From Acaryochloris marina MBIC11017 (GTDB lineage: Bacteria > Cyanobacteriota > Cyanobacteriia > Thermosynechococcales > Thermosynechococcaceae), in the NCBI RefSeq assembly GCF_000018105.1, contig NC_009925.1:900001-932000 (forward strand): 32,000 bases of DNA, given 5' to 3'. The notes under the pieces were generated by a model. That model saw nothing but the letters and a program-made list of their open reading frames with translations. It was not told where the DNA came from and ran no database searches. Below are positions 9,510 through 19,029 of the stretch, one piece after another; the first letter of the stretch is position 1; every line of letters begins with the position of its first letter. The translations under genes were made by a program, and so were the position numbers.

Positions 9510-10061
9510 ATGGGTCTTGAAGTAGTTGAACTCGTGATCGCAATTGAAGATCGTTTTCGAACGAATCTTCTTGAACATGAGTTAGAGAAGATCACGACGG
9601 TTGGCGGACTTTACCAACTTCTGATCAATCGTATTAAAAGAGACAATTGTGAGTATTGCCCAACTTTGTCAATGTTTTATGCAATTCGGAAGATATTGGT
9701 CAAGCAATACAAGATTCATCGTGCGGATATCCACCCAGCTTCTGAGCTAAATCAGTTACTCCCACCATCGAAACGTTTTAGTTTCTGGGGAGCTGTCAAA
9801 CAAAACCTTGCCGGTCAGCTCCCTCATCTCAAGCGCTCGAACAAACTTCATTGGTTTGGCGATACCTTTCCTGAGAATCTTGCAACAGTGGGTAGTCTGG
9901 CGAGTGAATGCTGTCTTCGAACTTCAATCACTCATGAGTTTCAAAAAGGTGATGCATCATTAGTGTGGCAGGAAGTTTGTCAAATTGTTGGTAATGTGGC
10001 TGGTGTTGAACCAGATGCTTTAGTATCAAACACTAATTTCTTTGAAGATCTAGAATTCTAG
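9510..10061 (+). CDS. ACP-like protein with swapped half-domains and no phosphopantetheine Ser (183 aa)
   Basis: ATG ORF 41 nt after gatB. An in-frame TGA at 9501-9503 blocks any upstream extension. aa 1-42 resemble ACP helices II-IV (..LEVVELVIAIEDRF...EKITTV..). aa 152-183 resemble ACP helix I and its loop (..IVGNVAGVEPDALVSNTNFFEDL..). See findings. Confidence 0.7.
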   Translation: MGLEVVELVIAIEDRFRTNLLEHELEKITTVGGLYQLLINRIKRDNCEYCPTLSMFYAIRKILVKQYKIHRADIHPASELNQLLPPSKRFSFWGAVKQNLAGQLPHLKRSNKLHWFGDTFPENLATVGSLASECCLRTSITHEFQKGDASLVWQEVCQIVGNVAGVEPDALVSNTNFFEDLEF

Positions 10062-10212
10062 AAATAGCCATCTGAACTTTAGTAGGGTGGTATCAACGTG
10101 ATTTTTTGGTTCAACGAAAGTAGCGTATAAACATCTCTTGTCTGATGGGTGAACTATTTACCCTCAAAGCATTCCCACACACTCTTGGGTTCATTTAGCA
10201 CACAGTAAGACA

Positions 10213-10665
10213 ATGACTCTAGACCTATTTATGGATGCAGCCATCCAAGAGGCTCAGCGGGGGTTAGCGGCTGGCGGAATTCCCATAGGATCCGTAGTCG
10301 TCAAGAATGGGACTATCGTGGGTCGGGGTCATAATCTGAGGGTGCAACAAGGTAGTGCGATTTTACATGCAGAGATGAGTGCTCTGGAAACCTTGGGTCG
10401 CCAACCTGCCATGTTTTACCAAGACGTTACGCTATACACCACCCTGTCACCGTGCAGCATGTGTACAGGCGCTATTTTACTCTATAAAATCCCTCGCGTG
10501 GTCATAGGCGAGAATCACACCTTTATGGGAGAAGAAGCCTTGCTAAAGTCCCGTGGGGTCAAAGTTACAGTCCTAGATCTTCCCCAGTGTCGCCAAATGA
10601 TGCAGGCGTTTATTAAAGGAACTCCTCAACTTTGGTACGAGGATATTGGGGTTGAACAAGCCTGA
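10213..10665 (+). CDS. Yeast-type (FCY1-like) cytosine deaminase, CMP/dCMP-deaminase zinc-binding fold
   Basis: 150-aa ORF. The HAE zinc/catalytic motif (LHAEMSALE) and PCxxC (TLSPCSMCTGAI) are present. Long colinear similarity to S. cerevisiae Fcy1 as I recall it (GRGHN.R.Q.GSA.LH.E.S.LE, TLYTTLSPC.MCTGAI, GEN, and the C-terminal W.EDIG). Confidence 0.85.
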   Translation: MTLDLFMDAAIQEAQRGLAAGGIPIGSVVVKNGTIVGRGHNLRVQQGSAILHAEMSALETLGRQPAMFYQDVTLYTTLSPCSMCTGAILLYKIPRVVIGENHTFMGEEALLKSRGVKVTVLDLPQCRQMMQAFIKGTPQLWYEDIGVEQA

Positions 10666-10680
10666 AGCTCAACACAAGCC

Positions 10681-10727
10681 GAAACCAAAATCCCAGCCTC
10701 GAGATCATGAGCATCTTGATGCTGGGA
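10681..10727 (-). terminator. Possible terminator for murA
   Basis: TCCCAGC (10691-10697) and GCTGGGA (10721-10727) form a 7-bp stem with a 23-nt loop. On the minus strand the hairpin is followed by TTTTGGTTTC. The large loop makes this weak. Confidence 0.3.
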
Positions 10728-10748
10728 CGGGTTAAAGTCGAAATCGAT

Positions 10749-12101
10749 TTAGGCGTTAGGGGCAGGAACCCGCTCAATCCTAGCGCCTAAACCACGTAAC
10801 TTCTGCTCAAAATCAGAATAACCTCGATCGAGATGCTGCAGACCTTCAATGCTAGTTTTACCTTTGGCGGCTAGGGCGGCAACCACGAGTGCTGCCGTTG
10901 CTCTTAAGTCAGTTCCTGTAACTGGTGCTCCGGACAAGAATGGCACGCCATGAATAACAGCAATATTGCCCTTAACTCTAATATCAGCTCCCATTCTGAC
11001 CAGTTCGGGGACATGGCCCAAACGGTTTTCAAATACTGTTTCAGTCACAACACTGTTTCCCTCACTTAAGGTCAGCAGAGCCATAAAAATGGATTGCATA
11101 TCAGTGGGGAACCCCGGATAGGGAAGCGTCTCAATTTCGGTCCCTGTATGAACCCCTTTAGACTGGATCCGCAATCCCTGTTGGGCATCCGGTGTCAATT
11201 GAAATCCGATAGACCTGAGTTTAGCAATGACTGCAGTTAGGTGATCAGGCACGACAGGCGACAGGAGAATGTCAGAGTGGGTAATCGCTCCCGCCATCAA
11301 AAAGGTGCCTGCTTCAATCCGATCCGGCACAATGTTGTAATCGGTGCTGTGCAGTTTAGGAACGCCAGAAATGGTAATCGTTTTGGTGCCCGCTCCCGTA
11401 ATTTTGGCTCCCATGGATATACAGAAGTTCGCTAAGTCTGCAACTTCAGGCTCTTGGGCAGCATTATCCAAAACGGTTTCCCCCTCGGCCAGGGTTGCAG
11501 CCATCATCAAGGTTTCGGTCGCCCCCACACTGGGGTAATCCAGATAAATCTTGGCGCCTTTAAGTTTAGAAGCATAGGCATGGACGACACCATGTTCAAT
11601 GTAAACTTCGGCTCCAAGTTGCTTTAGACCTCGAACGTGAATTTCTACGGGTCTCGCACCAATGGCGCAGCCGCCGGGTAAGGGGACTTTGGCAACGCCC
11701 ATACGGGCTAGTAACGGACCAATGGCAAAGAAACTGGCTCTTAGCTTACTGACGAGTTCATAGGGGGCATCCGTTGTGGTGATGTGGGTCGGATCTAGCT
11801 CTAAAACATCGTTATCTTGCTTAATTTTGACCCCTAAGGCTTTGAGAATTTTGGCCATTCCTTGGATATCTGCAAGGGATGGAACATTCCGCAAACGGCA
11901 GGGTTCTGAACAGAGAAGTGCCCCAGCCATGAGCACGAGGGCGGAGTTCTTGGCTCCACTGATGTTGACTTTCCCTTGGAGTGGTGTCCCTCCCCATACC
12001 TCAAGGATCGACGAGTTTGCTTTGGTCGAAACAGACTGATCCACTATGCTAACGGGGGAAGAAACGGTTTTAAGAGTATTCAATGGCCTACACCACACCA
12101 A
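10749..12101 (-). CDS. murA: UDP-N-acetylglucosamine 1-carboxyvinyltransferase
   Basis: 450-aa [23 protein letters not shown], the catalytic-loop region [27 protein letters not shown], and the EPSP-synthase-like fold throughout. The track start is a TTG. GTG or TTG codons further in, before ..LEVWGG, are equally possible, so the 5' end is uncertain. Confidence 0.95.
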   Translation of the reverse strand: MVWCRPLNTLKTVSSPVSIVDQSVSTKANSSILEVWGGTPLQGKVNISGAKNSALVLMAGALLCSEPCRLRNVPSLADIQGMAKILKALGVKIKQDNDVLELDPTHITTTDAPYELVSKLRASFFAIGPLLARMGVAKVPLPGGCAIGARPVEIHVRGLKQLGAEVYIEHGVVHAYASKLKGAKIYLDYPSVGATETLMMAATLAEGETVLDNAAQEPEVADLANFCISMGAKITGAGTKTITISGVPKLHSTDYNIVPDRIEAGTFLMAGAITHSDILLSPVVPDHLTAVIAKLRSIGFQLTPDAQQGLRIQSKGVHTGTEIETLPYPGFPTDMQSIFMALLTLSEGNSVVTETVFENRLGHVPELVRMGADIRVKGNIAVIHGVPFLSGAPVTGTDLRATAALVVAALAAKGKTSIEGLQHLDRGYSDFEQKLRGLGARIERVPAPNA

Positions 12102-12227
12102 AAATTTGCAGGGGAATGTGGTCTAGAGTGTACCCTAAAACCGGCTAAAAAATCAGAACTTTTGTAACATTTCTCTCATATTCCGTATCAATTGTAGTGA
12201 ATTCTTTATTCGTATTTTCTTTCGCCA

Positions 12228-13133
12228 ATGACTCCTACTAAAGTTTGGCCACGTTTTCTACGGTTTCCCCACCATGCCAGCTTATCAGTCTGGTTAATGA
12301 TTACGGGCATTATGATTACCCTGTTTTTTGTCATTATTGCTCTAATAGCTCCCTCTTTAGAGCAATGGAATTGGATTCAAGATCCAACCTCCACCAGCAT
12401 TCTTGAAAATATTCCCCATAGTGCGCCCTCTGGTAAGCATTGGTTTGGTACGGACAAGCTCGGGTATGACGTCTTTGCCCGAACGGTTTATGGGGCTCGG
12501 GCTGCCCTGCAAGTTGTGGTGGCAGCAACCTTATTTAGTGTTGTTTTTGGCGTTATTTTGGGACTCATCAGTGGGTACCTTGGGGGCTGGGTGGATCGAA
12601 TCTTACTCTTTTTAATGGATTCGATTTATGCCATTCCAGGTTTACTGATTGCCGTAACCTTGTCCTTTTCGATTGGTGAGGCAGCCCGAGGAGTTCCGAG
12701 TGCTGCGGCTGCGTTAGGTGTCGCCTATATCCCTAAGTACTATCGTGTGGTTCGGAACCATACCGTCAGCATTAAGACAGAGCTGTTTATGGAAGCCGCT
12801 AGAGCTTTAGGGGCTTCTCCTTGGCGAATTATTACGCGATATCTATTTGGTAACGTGATTCAGAGTGTGCCTGTTTTGTTCTCTTTAAATGCAGCAGACT
12901 CTGTTTTAACCCTGGGGGCTCTAGGTTTCTTGGGGCTAGGGTTACCGGCTGAAATTCCAGAATGGGGATATGACTTAAAAGTTGCCCTAGAAGGATTCAC
13001 CGGAGAAGTGTGGTGGACCACCCTATTTCCTGGCTTAGCCATGGCCTCATTATCGGTGGGATTATCCCTCGCCAGTGAAGGTCTAAGTGAGTTTTTCAAT
13101 CCTCTACAGCGGCGGGATGCCGATCAGAGCTAA
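12228..13133 (+). CDS. ABC transporter permease, DppC/OppC (peptide/nickel) type
   Basis: 301-aa ORF with about 6 TM segments. The N-terminus is typical of OppC-type proteins (HWFGTDKLGYDVFARTVYGAR). The EAA loop is MEAARALGASPWRIITRYLFGNV. No partner ATPase, second permease or binding-protein gene is adjacent. Confidence 0.9.
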   Translation: MTPTKVWPRFLRFPHHASLSVWLMITGIMITLFFVIIALIAPSLEQWNWIQDPTSTSILENIPHSAPSGKHWFGTDKLGYDVFARTVYGARAALQVVVAATLFSVVFGVILGLISGYLGGWVDRILLFLMDSIYAIPGLLIAVTLSFSIGEAARGVPSAAAALGVAYIPKYYRVVRNHTVSIKTELFMEAARALGASPWRIITRYLFGNVIQSVPVLFSLNAADSVLTLGALGFLGLGLPAEIPEWGYDLKVALEGFTGEVWWTTLFPGLAMASLSVGLSLASEGLSEFFNPLQRRDADQS

Positions 13134-13283
13134 GCACCAAGGTAAGATGATGGTGATTGCTGTGAGGTGTCTCCACAAAGCTTTATGTGGGCTGTTCTTT
13201 CGCCTTTCAGTATTCCCCCTCCCATCACACTTTTTTATACCCATACGATGTGGTTCTTGGTCAGACGTAGTGATGATACGGAA

Positions 13284-13297
13284 GATGCGATCGCATC
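13284..13297. repeat. HIP1 octamer within a 14-bp perfect palindrome (intergenic)
   Basis: GATGCGATCGCATC; the core is at 13287-13294, in the 272-nt gap upstream of the ClC gene. Confidence 0.95.
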
Positions 13298-13405
13298 CTC
13301 TCCCCCCCAAATATTTTTCAACCTCAAATTACAACGCTGGTGTATTTATTCCAGCCCAGGATCTGACCCTGATCAAACAAAACAAAGGCTTCTGGACCTC
13401 TCTCT

Positions 13406-16021
13406 ATGAAGCTAATCTCGGCCTTTCAACCCCTGCGCCACCTCACTCAGTCCAGTCGCTTTGCCATTATTGAAGCCTGTCTGATTGGTCTTATTTCTGG
13501 TTTAGCAGCCGTCGCCTTGCAGGATGGGATTGGGTGGTTAGGGGGGCTACGGATATCTTTGGCCAACCAATTTCATTCTCCTCTGATACTGCCGTTAATA
13601 GGGGTTATCGGCGGTTTAATTGCAGGGTTGCTGATAGAAACCATCGCTCCGGATGCGAAGGGGAGCGGCATCCCTCAAGTGAAGGCTGCACTGGCACAGT
13701 TTCCGATTGCGCTGAATTGGCAAGTCGCGCTGGTCAAATTGTTCAGCGGCATCACTGCCCTGGGAACTGGATTACCTCTAGGGCGGCAAGGGCCTACGGT
13801 ACAACTAGGCGCTGCCCTGGCCGCTCAGCTAAGCTACTGGTTCCCTACAGCTCCCAACCACCGACAACAAATGATTGCGGCAGGGGCAGGAGCTGGACTC
13901 GCAGCAGGGTTTGCGGCTCCCATTGCTGGAGTGCTTTTTATTGTCGAGGAGCTGCTGCATGACTTATCTGGATTAACCCTGGGGACCGCCATTCTGTCCT
14001 CCTTTATCGGTGCAGTTGTTGCCCATGTTTTAGGGGGGCAAAACTTATCTATCAGCTTTGAGCAGGTCACCACCGCCACCAGCTTCTCCGTTCCGGAAAT
14101 TCCCTTCTTTATTTTGCTGGGGATTTTGGCTGGAGGATTTGGCGCTATATTCAATCGAGGTCTGCTCCTCAGCGTTGATCTAAACCGCCGACTCAAGTTC
14201 CTTGGATTACCCTGGCGCATCAGCTTAGCAGGCGGTATTTGTGGCAGCATTATTGGCCAACTGCCCAGCATTTTCCAGGACAATACGGGGCTCAGAGGAC
14301 TATTGGGTTTAGGAGATCTGGGTTGGCAGTTGGCCCTAACAGCCTTCGTTGTCCAGTTTGGACTAACCCTGATTGCCTATGGTTCAGGGGCTCCAGGCGG
14401 ATTATTTGCCCCCAGCCTAGTCATGGGGGCCGCCTTAGGGAATTTAGTAGGGCTAGGTCAGGCTCAACTACTCGGTGCTGGTTTACCCACGACTTATGCG
14501 TTTGTGGGCATGGGGGCGTTTTTTGGGGCCGTTAGTCGTGTCCCTGTAACTGGGATCGTGATTATCTTTGAAATCACCCAGGATTTCAATCTCGTTCTCC
14601 CTCTGATGATCAGCTCTGTAGTCGCCTATCTAACCGCTGAGCAAATCAATCAAAGTTCTATCTATGATTTGTTGCTACAGCAACAAGGCATTCAACTCCA
14701 AAATGCATCCCCCTCTGCGCAACGGATGTTAGATGCCCTAACGGCAGAAGACATTATGCAGCGGCAAGTGGAAACGTTACCTAGCGATCTGTCTTTAGAT
14801 GCAGCCCGAAAGATTTTTTCCCGTTCCCACCATCGGGGTTTTCCAGTGCTCGAAGACCGACGATTAGTGGGGATCTTGAGTCGTACAGATCTTAATCGAG
14901 TTACGCAACAACAGAAACCCGGCGATACCTTAATCCGGGATATCATGACGCCCCAGCCTTTAACCGTTGGTCCCTCGGCATCTTTGTCTGATGTCCTGTA
15001 TATTCTCAATCGCTCCCATATCAGTCGTCTACCCGTATTAGATGGACGTAAACTCATCGGTATCATTACCCGTGCCGATATTATTCATGCTGAATTTGAT
15101 CACATTTCCGGCCAGAAGCAACAGGATAATCAGGCTTTTGCGCCATCCTACGGCGTCTACCTAACCCGAGGGCCTGCCACTGGCGAAGGGCGAATCCTCT
15201 TACCCCTCGCGAATCCTGACACAGCTGAACCCCTCCTAAAGGTTGCTGTAGCCATGGCTCAAGCCCTGAACTATGAGCTAGAGTGCCTGCACATTATCCG
15301 TCTACCGCGTAATCGTTTACCAGCTGAGACCCCCGTCCAAACCGTCAAAGGTCGGCGACTTCTGCAAAAAGCAATTCGGTATGGCCAACGCCACCAAGTG
15401 TCTGTTCATACCCAAATCATTGCGGCTCAGGATGTGGCCCAAGCCATTTTGGAAGTCGAACAGACGGAGCATATCAACCTCCTGCTTATGGGGTGGCAAG
15501 GACAATTTTTCTCCGGTGGACAGATTGGTAATCCCACGGTTCGAACCATCCTCCAGCAGGCCAAAAGCCAAGTTTTAGTCATTAGACCTGCCACCCACTT
15601 CAATACTGGTAAAAACCAACGTTGGCTTATCCCAGTGTCTGGAGGGCCAAACGTGCAACAAGCGATTCAACTTTTGCCAGCCCTCGTTCCCATCAGTAAG
15701 TCACCCAAGCTGAAATTGTTTCAAGTTTATCCCCCCAGTAGTGATCTGCCCGACCAGAGTATTCTCGAACACTACTCCCAGTTCCTCAAACAGGCCTGCC
15801 CGGATAGTGCAGTCAAACGGACACAAATTTGTGCTCAAAATGTGGCAGACGCTATTGTGGAACTGGCAAGGCTCCAAAAGACAGACATCATCGTTATTGG
15901 AGCCAGCCCAACTGGGTTAGTCCACCAAGCACTCAAAGGAAACATCCCCCTAGCCATTGCTCAAGGAACAGAGGCGACCATCATTTTAGTGAGAGGCTCT
16001 GGAACCAACGTTGTGGTTTAG
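13406..16021 (+). CDS. ClC family chloride channel/transporter fused to a CBS pair and two universal-stress-protein (USP) domains
   Basis: 871-aa ORF. ClC signatures: GSGIPQV (aa 86-92), GRQGP (126-130), VEEL (180-183) and GAPGGLFAPS (328-337). Two CBS motifs lie at about aa 445-565 (..HHRGFPVLEDRRLVGILSRTDL.. and ..ISRLPVLDGRKLIGIITRADI..). Two USP-like halves lie at about aa 595-871 (..INLLLMGWQG.. and ..TDIIVIGASPTG..). Confidence 0.92.
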   Translation: MKLISAFQPLRHLTQSSRFAIIEACLIGLISGLAAVALQDGIGWLGGLRISLANQFHSPLILPLIGVIGGLIAGLLIETIAPDAKGSGIPQVKAALAQFPIALNWQVALVKLFSGITALGTGLPLGRQGPTVQLGAALAAQLSYWFPTAPNHRQQMIAAGAGAGLAAGFAAPIAGVLFIVEELLHDLSGLTLGTAILSSFIGAVVAHVLGGQNLSISFEQVTTATSFSVPEIPFFILLGILAGGFGAIFNRGLLLSVDLNRRLKFLGLPWRISLAGGICGSIIGQLPSIFQDNTGLRGLLGLGDLGWQLALTAFVVQFGLTLIAYGSGAPGGLFAPSLVMGAALGNLVGLGQAQLLGAGLPTTYAFVGMGAFFGAVSRVPVTGIVIIFEITQDFNLVLPLMISSVVAYLTAEQINQSSIYDLLLQQQGIQLQNASPSAQRMLDALTAEDIMQRQVETLPSDLSLDAARKIFSRSHHRGFPVLEDRRLVGILSRTDLNRVTQQQKPGDTLIRDIMTPQPLTVGPSASLSDVLYILNRSHISRLPVLDGRKLIGIITRADIIHAEFDHISGQKQQDNQAFAPSYGVYLTRGPATGEGRILLPLANPDTAEPLLKVAVAMAQALNYELECLHIIRLPRNRLPAETPVQTVKGRRLLQKAIRYGQRHQVSVHTQIIAAQDVAQAILEVEQTEHINLLLMGWQGQFFSGGQIGNPTVRTILQQAKSQVLVIRPATHFNTGKNQRWLIPVSGGPNVQQAIQLLPALVPISKSPKLKLFQVYPPSSDLPDQSILEHYSQFLKQACPDSAVKRTQICAQNVADAIVELARLQKTDIIVIGASPTGLVHQALKGNIPLAIAQGTEATIILVRGSGTNVVV

Positions 16022-16095
16022 CTGTGCCCTGAACAATGTCAGGTATTGGAACATTGACCCAAACGTCTGACTCTTTAATTAGGTGGTGAGAGGCA

Positions 16096-16671
16096 ATGTC
16101 CAAAATGATCAAACTGAGAAGAAAACGACGGCGTTCAATCTGGGGCCTCATCTTTTTATTAAGCCTATGGAGTTGTGTGCTGGGCTGGGGATTAGCCCAC
16201 ATCCAAACCTCTGTGGCCATTGAAACATCCCCCTTAGCCCAAACCTCAGAATCCCTGCCAACCACTGAGGCTGTCGGTGGCGTTGATCTAGTCCCTCCTC
16301 AGCTCAAGCAGGGTGAAAAGCTCTATCAGCAACGGTGTGGAACGTGCCATGTCGCTTTACCCCCACAAGTATTACCGAGCCAAACTTGGCAGACCCTCTT
16401 ACCGGACACCAACCATTACGGCGTAGTGTTACCCCCGTTCAGAAATCCAGAACTTACTCAGACTTGGGAATACCTAAGATTCTTCTCTCGACCGATGAAA
16501 GAAGATGGTCTTCGCCCCATTCCCTACCACGTTAGACGTTCAACGTTTTTTAAGATCCTGCATCCCGGCGTTGATTTTGCTGAACCGGTCACCCCTGATA
16601 CCTGTGTTCGGTGTCATCCGGGTGTTTCTCAACTCAACTTCCGTCAGTTAAGCCCTGAGTGGACGCAATAG
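16096..16671 (+). CDS. Membrane-anchored diheme cytochrome c (DHC family-like)
   Basis: 191-aa ORF. The N-terminus is basic and then hydrophobic (KLRRKRRRSIWGLIFLLSLWSCVLGWGL). Two CxxCH motifs are present (CGTCH and CVRCH). The segment CGTCHVALPPQVLPSQTWQTLL....HYG resembles the dihaem cytochrome c family pattern. Confidence 0.7.
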   Translation: MSKMIKLRRKRRRSIWGLIFLLSLWSCVLGWGLAHIQTSVAIETSPLAQTSESLPTTEAVGGVDLVPPQLKQGEKLYQQRCGTCHVALPPQVLPSQTWQTLLPDTNHYGVVLPPFRNPELTQTWEYLRFFSRPMKEDGLRPIPYHVRRSTFFKILHPGVDFAEPVTPDTCVRCHPGVSQLNFRQLSPEWTQ

Positions 16672-16853
16672 TCTATCTGGAGAAAGGCTGAGGTCCTGCT
16701 TAGGCCAGGTTATCCCTAGTCACAAAGTCGTTCAGATGACATTATCAAGTCAATCCTAAAACAGCTGAATTCAGACTATGAAAGAGTTCTGGCGTTGGGG
16801 GTTGAAGGTATGATATCGATTGCTTTATATTTAGTACGATCGTTCGTTCTAAA

Positions 16854-17561
16854 ATGCCAATGATTTCTTTCTATTATGCCAAGCCATCCCTCTTTAGCCG
16901 TCCTGTCTGGATCACGCTCCTTGAGAAGGACCTAAAGTTTGAGCCGATATACGTCAACATGGGGGGAGATCAATTCACTCCAGAATTCAGAGCCCTCAAT
17001 CCCTTTTGTCGGATTCCGGTACTAGTGGACAATGGTTTGACGATTACAGAGTCCCAAGCCATTTTGGATTACTTGGACCTGCAATATCCCCAGCCCAAGT
17101 TGCTGCCCCCCTCTGCCCAGGCAGTGGCCAAAGTACGACAGGTGCAAATGATTGCTGTAAATGAATTGGTCCCAGCGATTGGAGAGTGCTTGATGAAAAA
17201 GCCAGACCAACAAACCTATGCCAAACATCGGGCAGTGACGGTGCTGAATATGTTTGAAGGGCTTCTAGAAGCCCCCTATTTTGGTGGCGATGGTTTAAGT
17301 TTGGCGGATATTGTGACAGGCTCGTTAGTCCCGGTACTCGGTGACTTAGGATTTACCTTGGATCAACAGCCAAAGCTACAGCGCTGGCTCCAAGTGCTGA
17401 TGGCCAGACCTGCTTGGCAACAGACTCAATTATCTGCACCTGAGAAAGATCGGTTTATGCGAAGTATTCGGGCCTTGGCCAAACTATGGCAAAAGCGGCG
17501 CCGCCAGCGGGCTGATGCATTACTCGTTCCCAAAAAAAACACTCCCCCAACCATTAGTTAA
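16854..17561 (+). CDS. Glutathione S-transferase
   Basis: 235-aa ORF. The thioredoxin-like N-domain carries IPVLVDNGLTITESQAILDYL (the ES.AI..YL motif). An alpha-helical C-domain follows, and the tail is basic (QKRRRQRA). Confidence 0.85.
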   Translation: MPMISFYYAKPSLFSRPVWITLLEKDLKFEPIYVNMGGDQFTPEFRALNPFCRIPVLVDNGLTITESQAILDYLDLQYPQPKLLPPSAQAVAKVRQVQMIAVNELVPAIGECLMKKPDQQTYAKHRAVTVLNMFEGLLEAPYFGGDGLSLADIVTGSLVPVLGDLGFTLDQQPKLQRWLQVLMARPAWQQTQLSAPEKDRFMRSIRALAKLWQKRRRQRADALLVPKKNTPPTIS

Positions 17562-17593
17562 GGGAGTGTGGCATAAAGCAATGAGAGCGCGAA

Positions 17594-18670
<1,077 letters not shown>

Positions 18671-19029
18671 TTAGGCCCTATTCATGCAGCGAAAATCAGA
18701 TGTCTCTCAGCCAGTCCTATCACCCTGACAGGATGCAATCATGTTCCTGCTGCTAGAGCGATAAGATCTGACCATCAAATCATCTAACCAGAACTCAATC
18801 TCTGTTCAGTTGTAGATAAACAGAAACACAGCGGTCAAAGATAAATTCAATTTGGGAAATACTGACTTTTTGGCGTTAAAGGGACTGTAGAGATAGAAAG
18901 CCTTTGCAAAGTTGTGCAGTTTTGATGATGAGACAAATATGGCTCAACAACTACCACGTTAAGAGAGGTTCATGAATGGCAGGATTTTCCTAAGCAATTT
19001 TTTAGATCAGTTATCTATTCAAGATATGG

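Noticed and set aside
13140-13290. Possible fluoride (crcB-motif) riboswitch upstream of the ClC gene (ggtaagatgatggtg ... agtgatgatacgg)
   Set aside because: Only loose GATG/TGATGA resemblance. The two pieces are about 120 nt apart, far longer than the compact motif. The conserved CCGCC-type pseudoknot partners are absent. The ClC has a normal GSGIP box rather than the CLC-F type.
13087-13473. Track ORFs of 128, 80 and 68 aa covering the permease-ClC intergenic gap
   Set aside because: They are mutually overlapping, run into the flanking genes and have no SD. The peptides look like translated non-coding DNA (Cys/Phe/Pro/His-rich with no hydrophobic periodicity).
15536-15552. tRNA T-arm-like string GGTTCGAACC
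   Set aside because: It lies in frame inside the ClC/USP coding region (..NPTVRTIL..). It has no acceptor, D-arm or anticodon-arm complementarity around it. I found no tRNA-like cloverleaf anywhere in the window.
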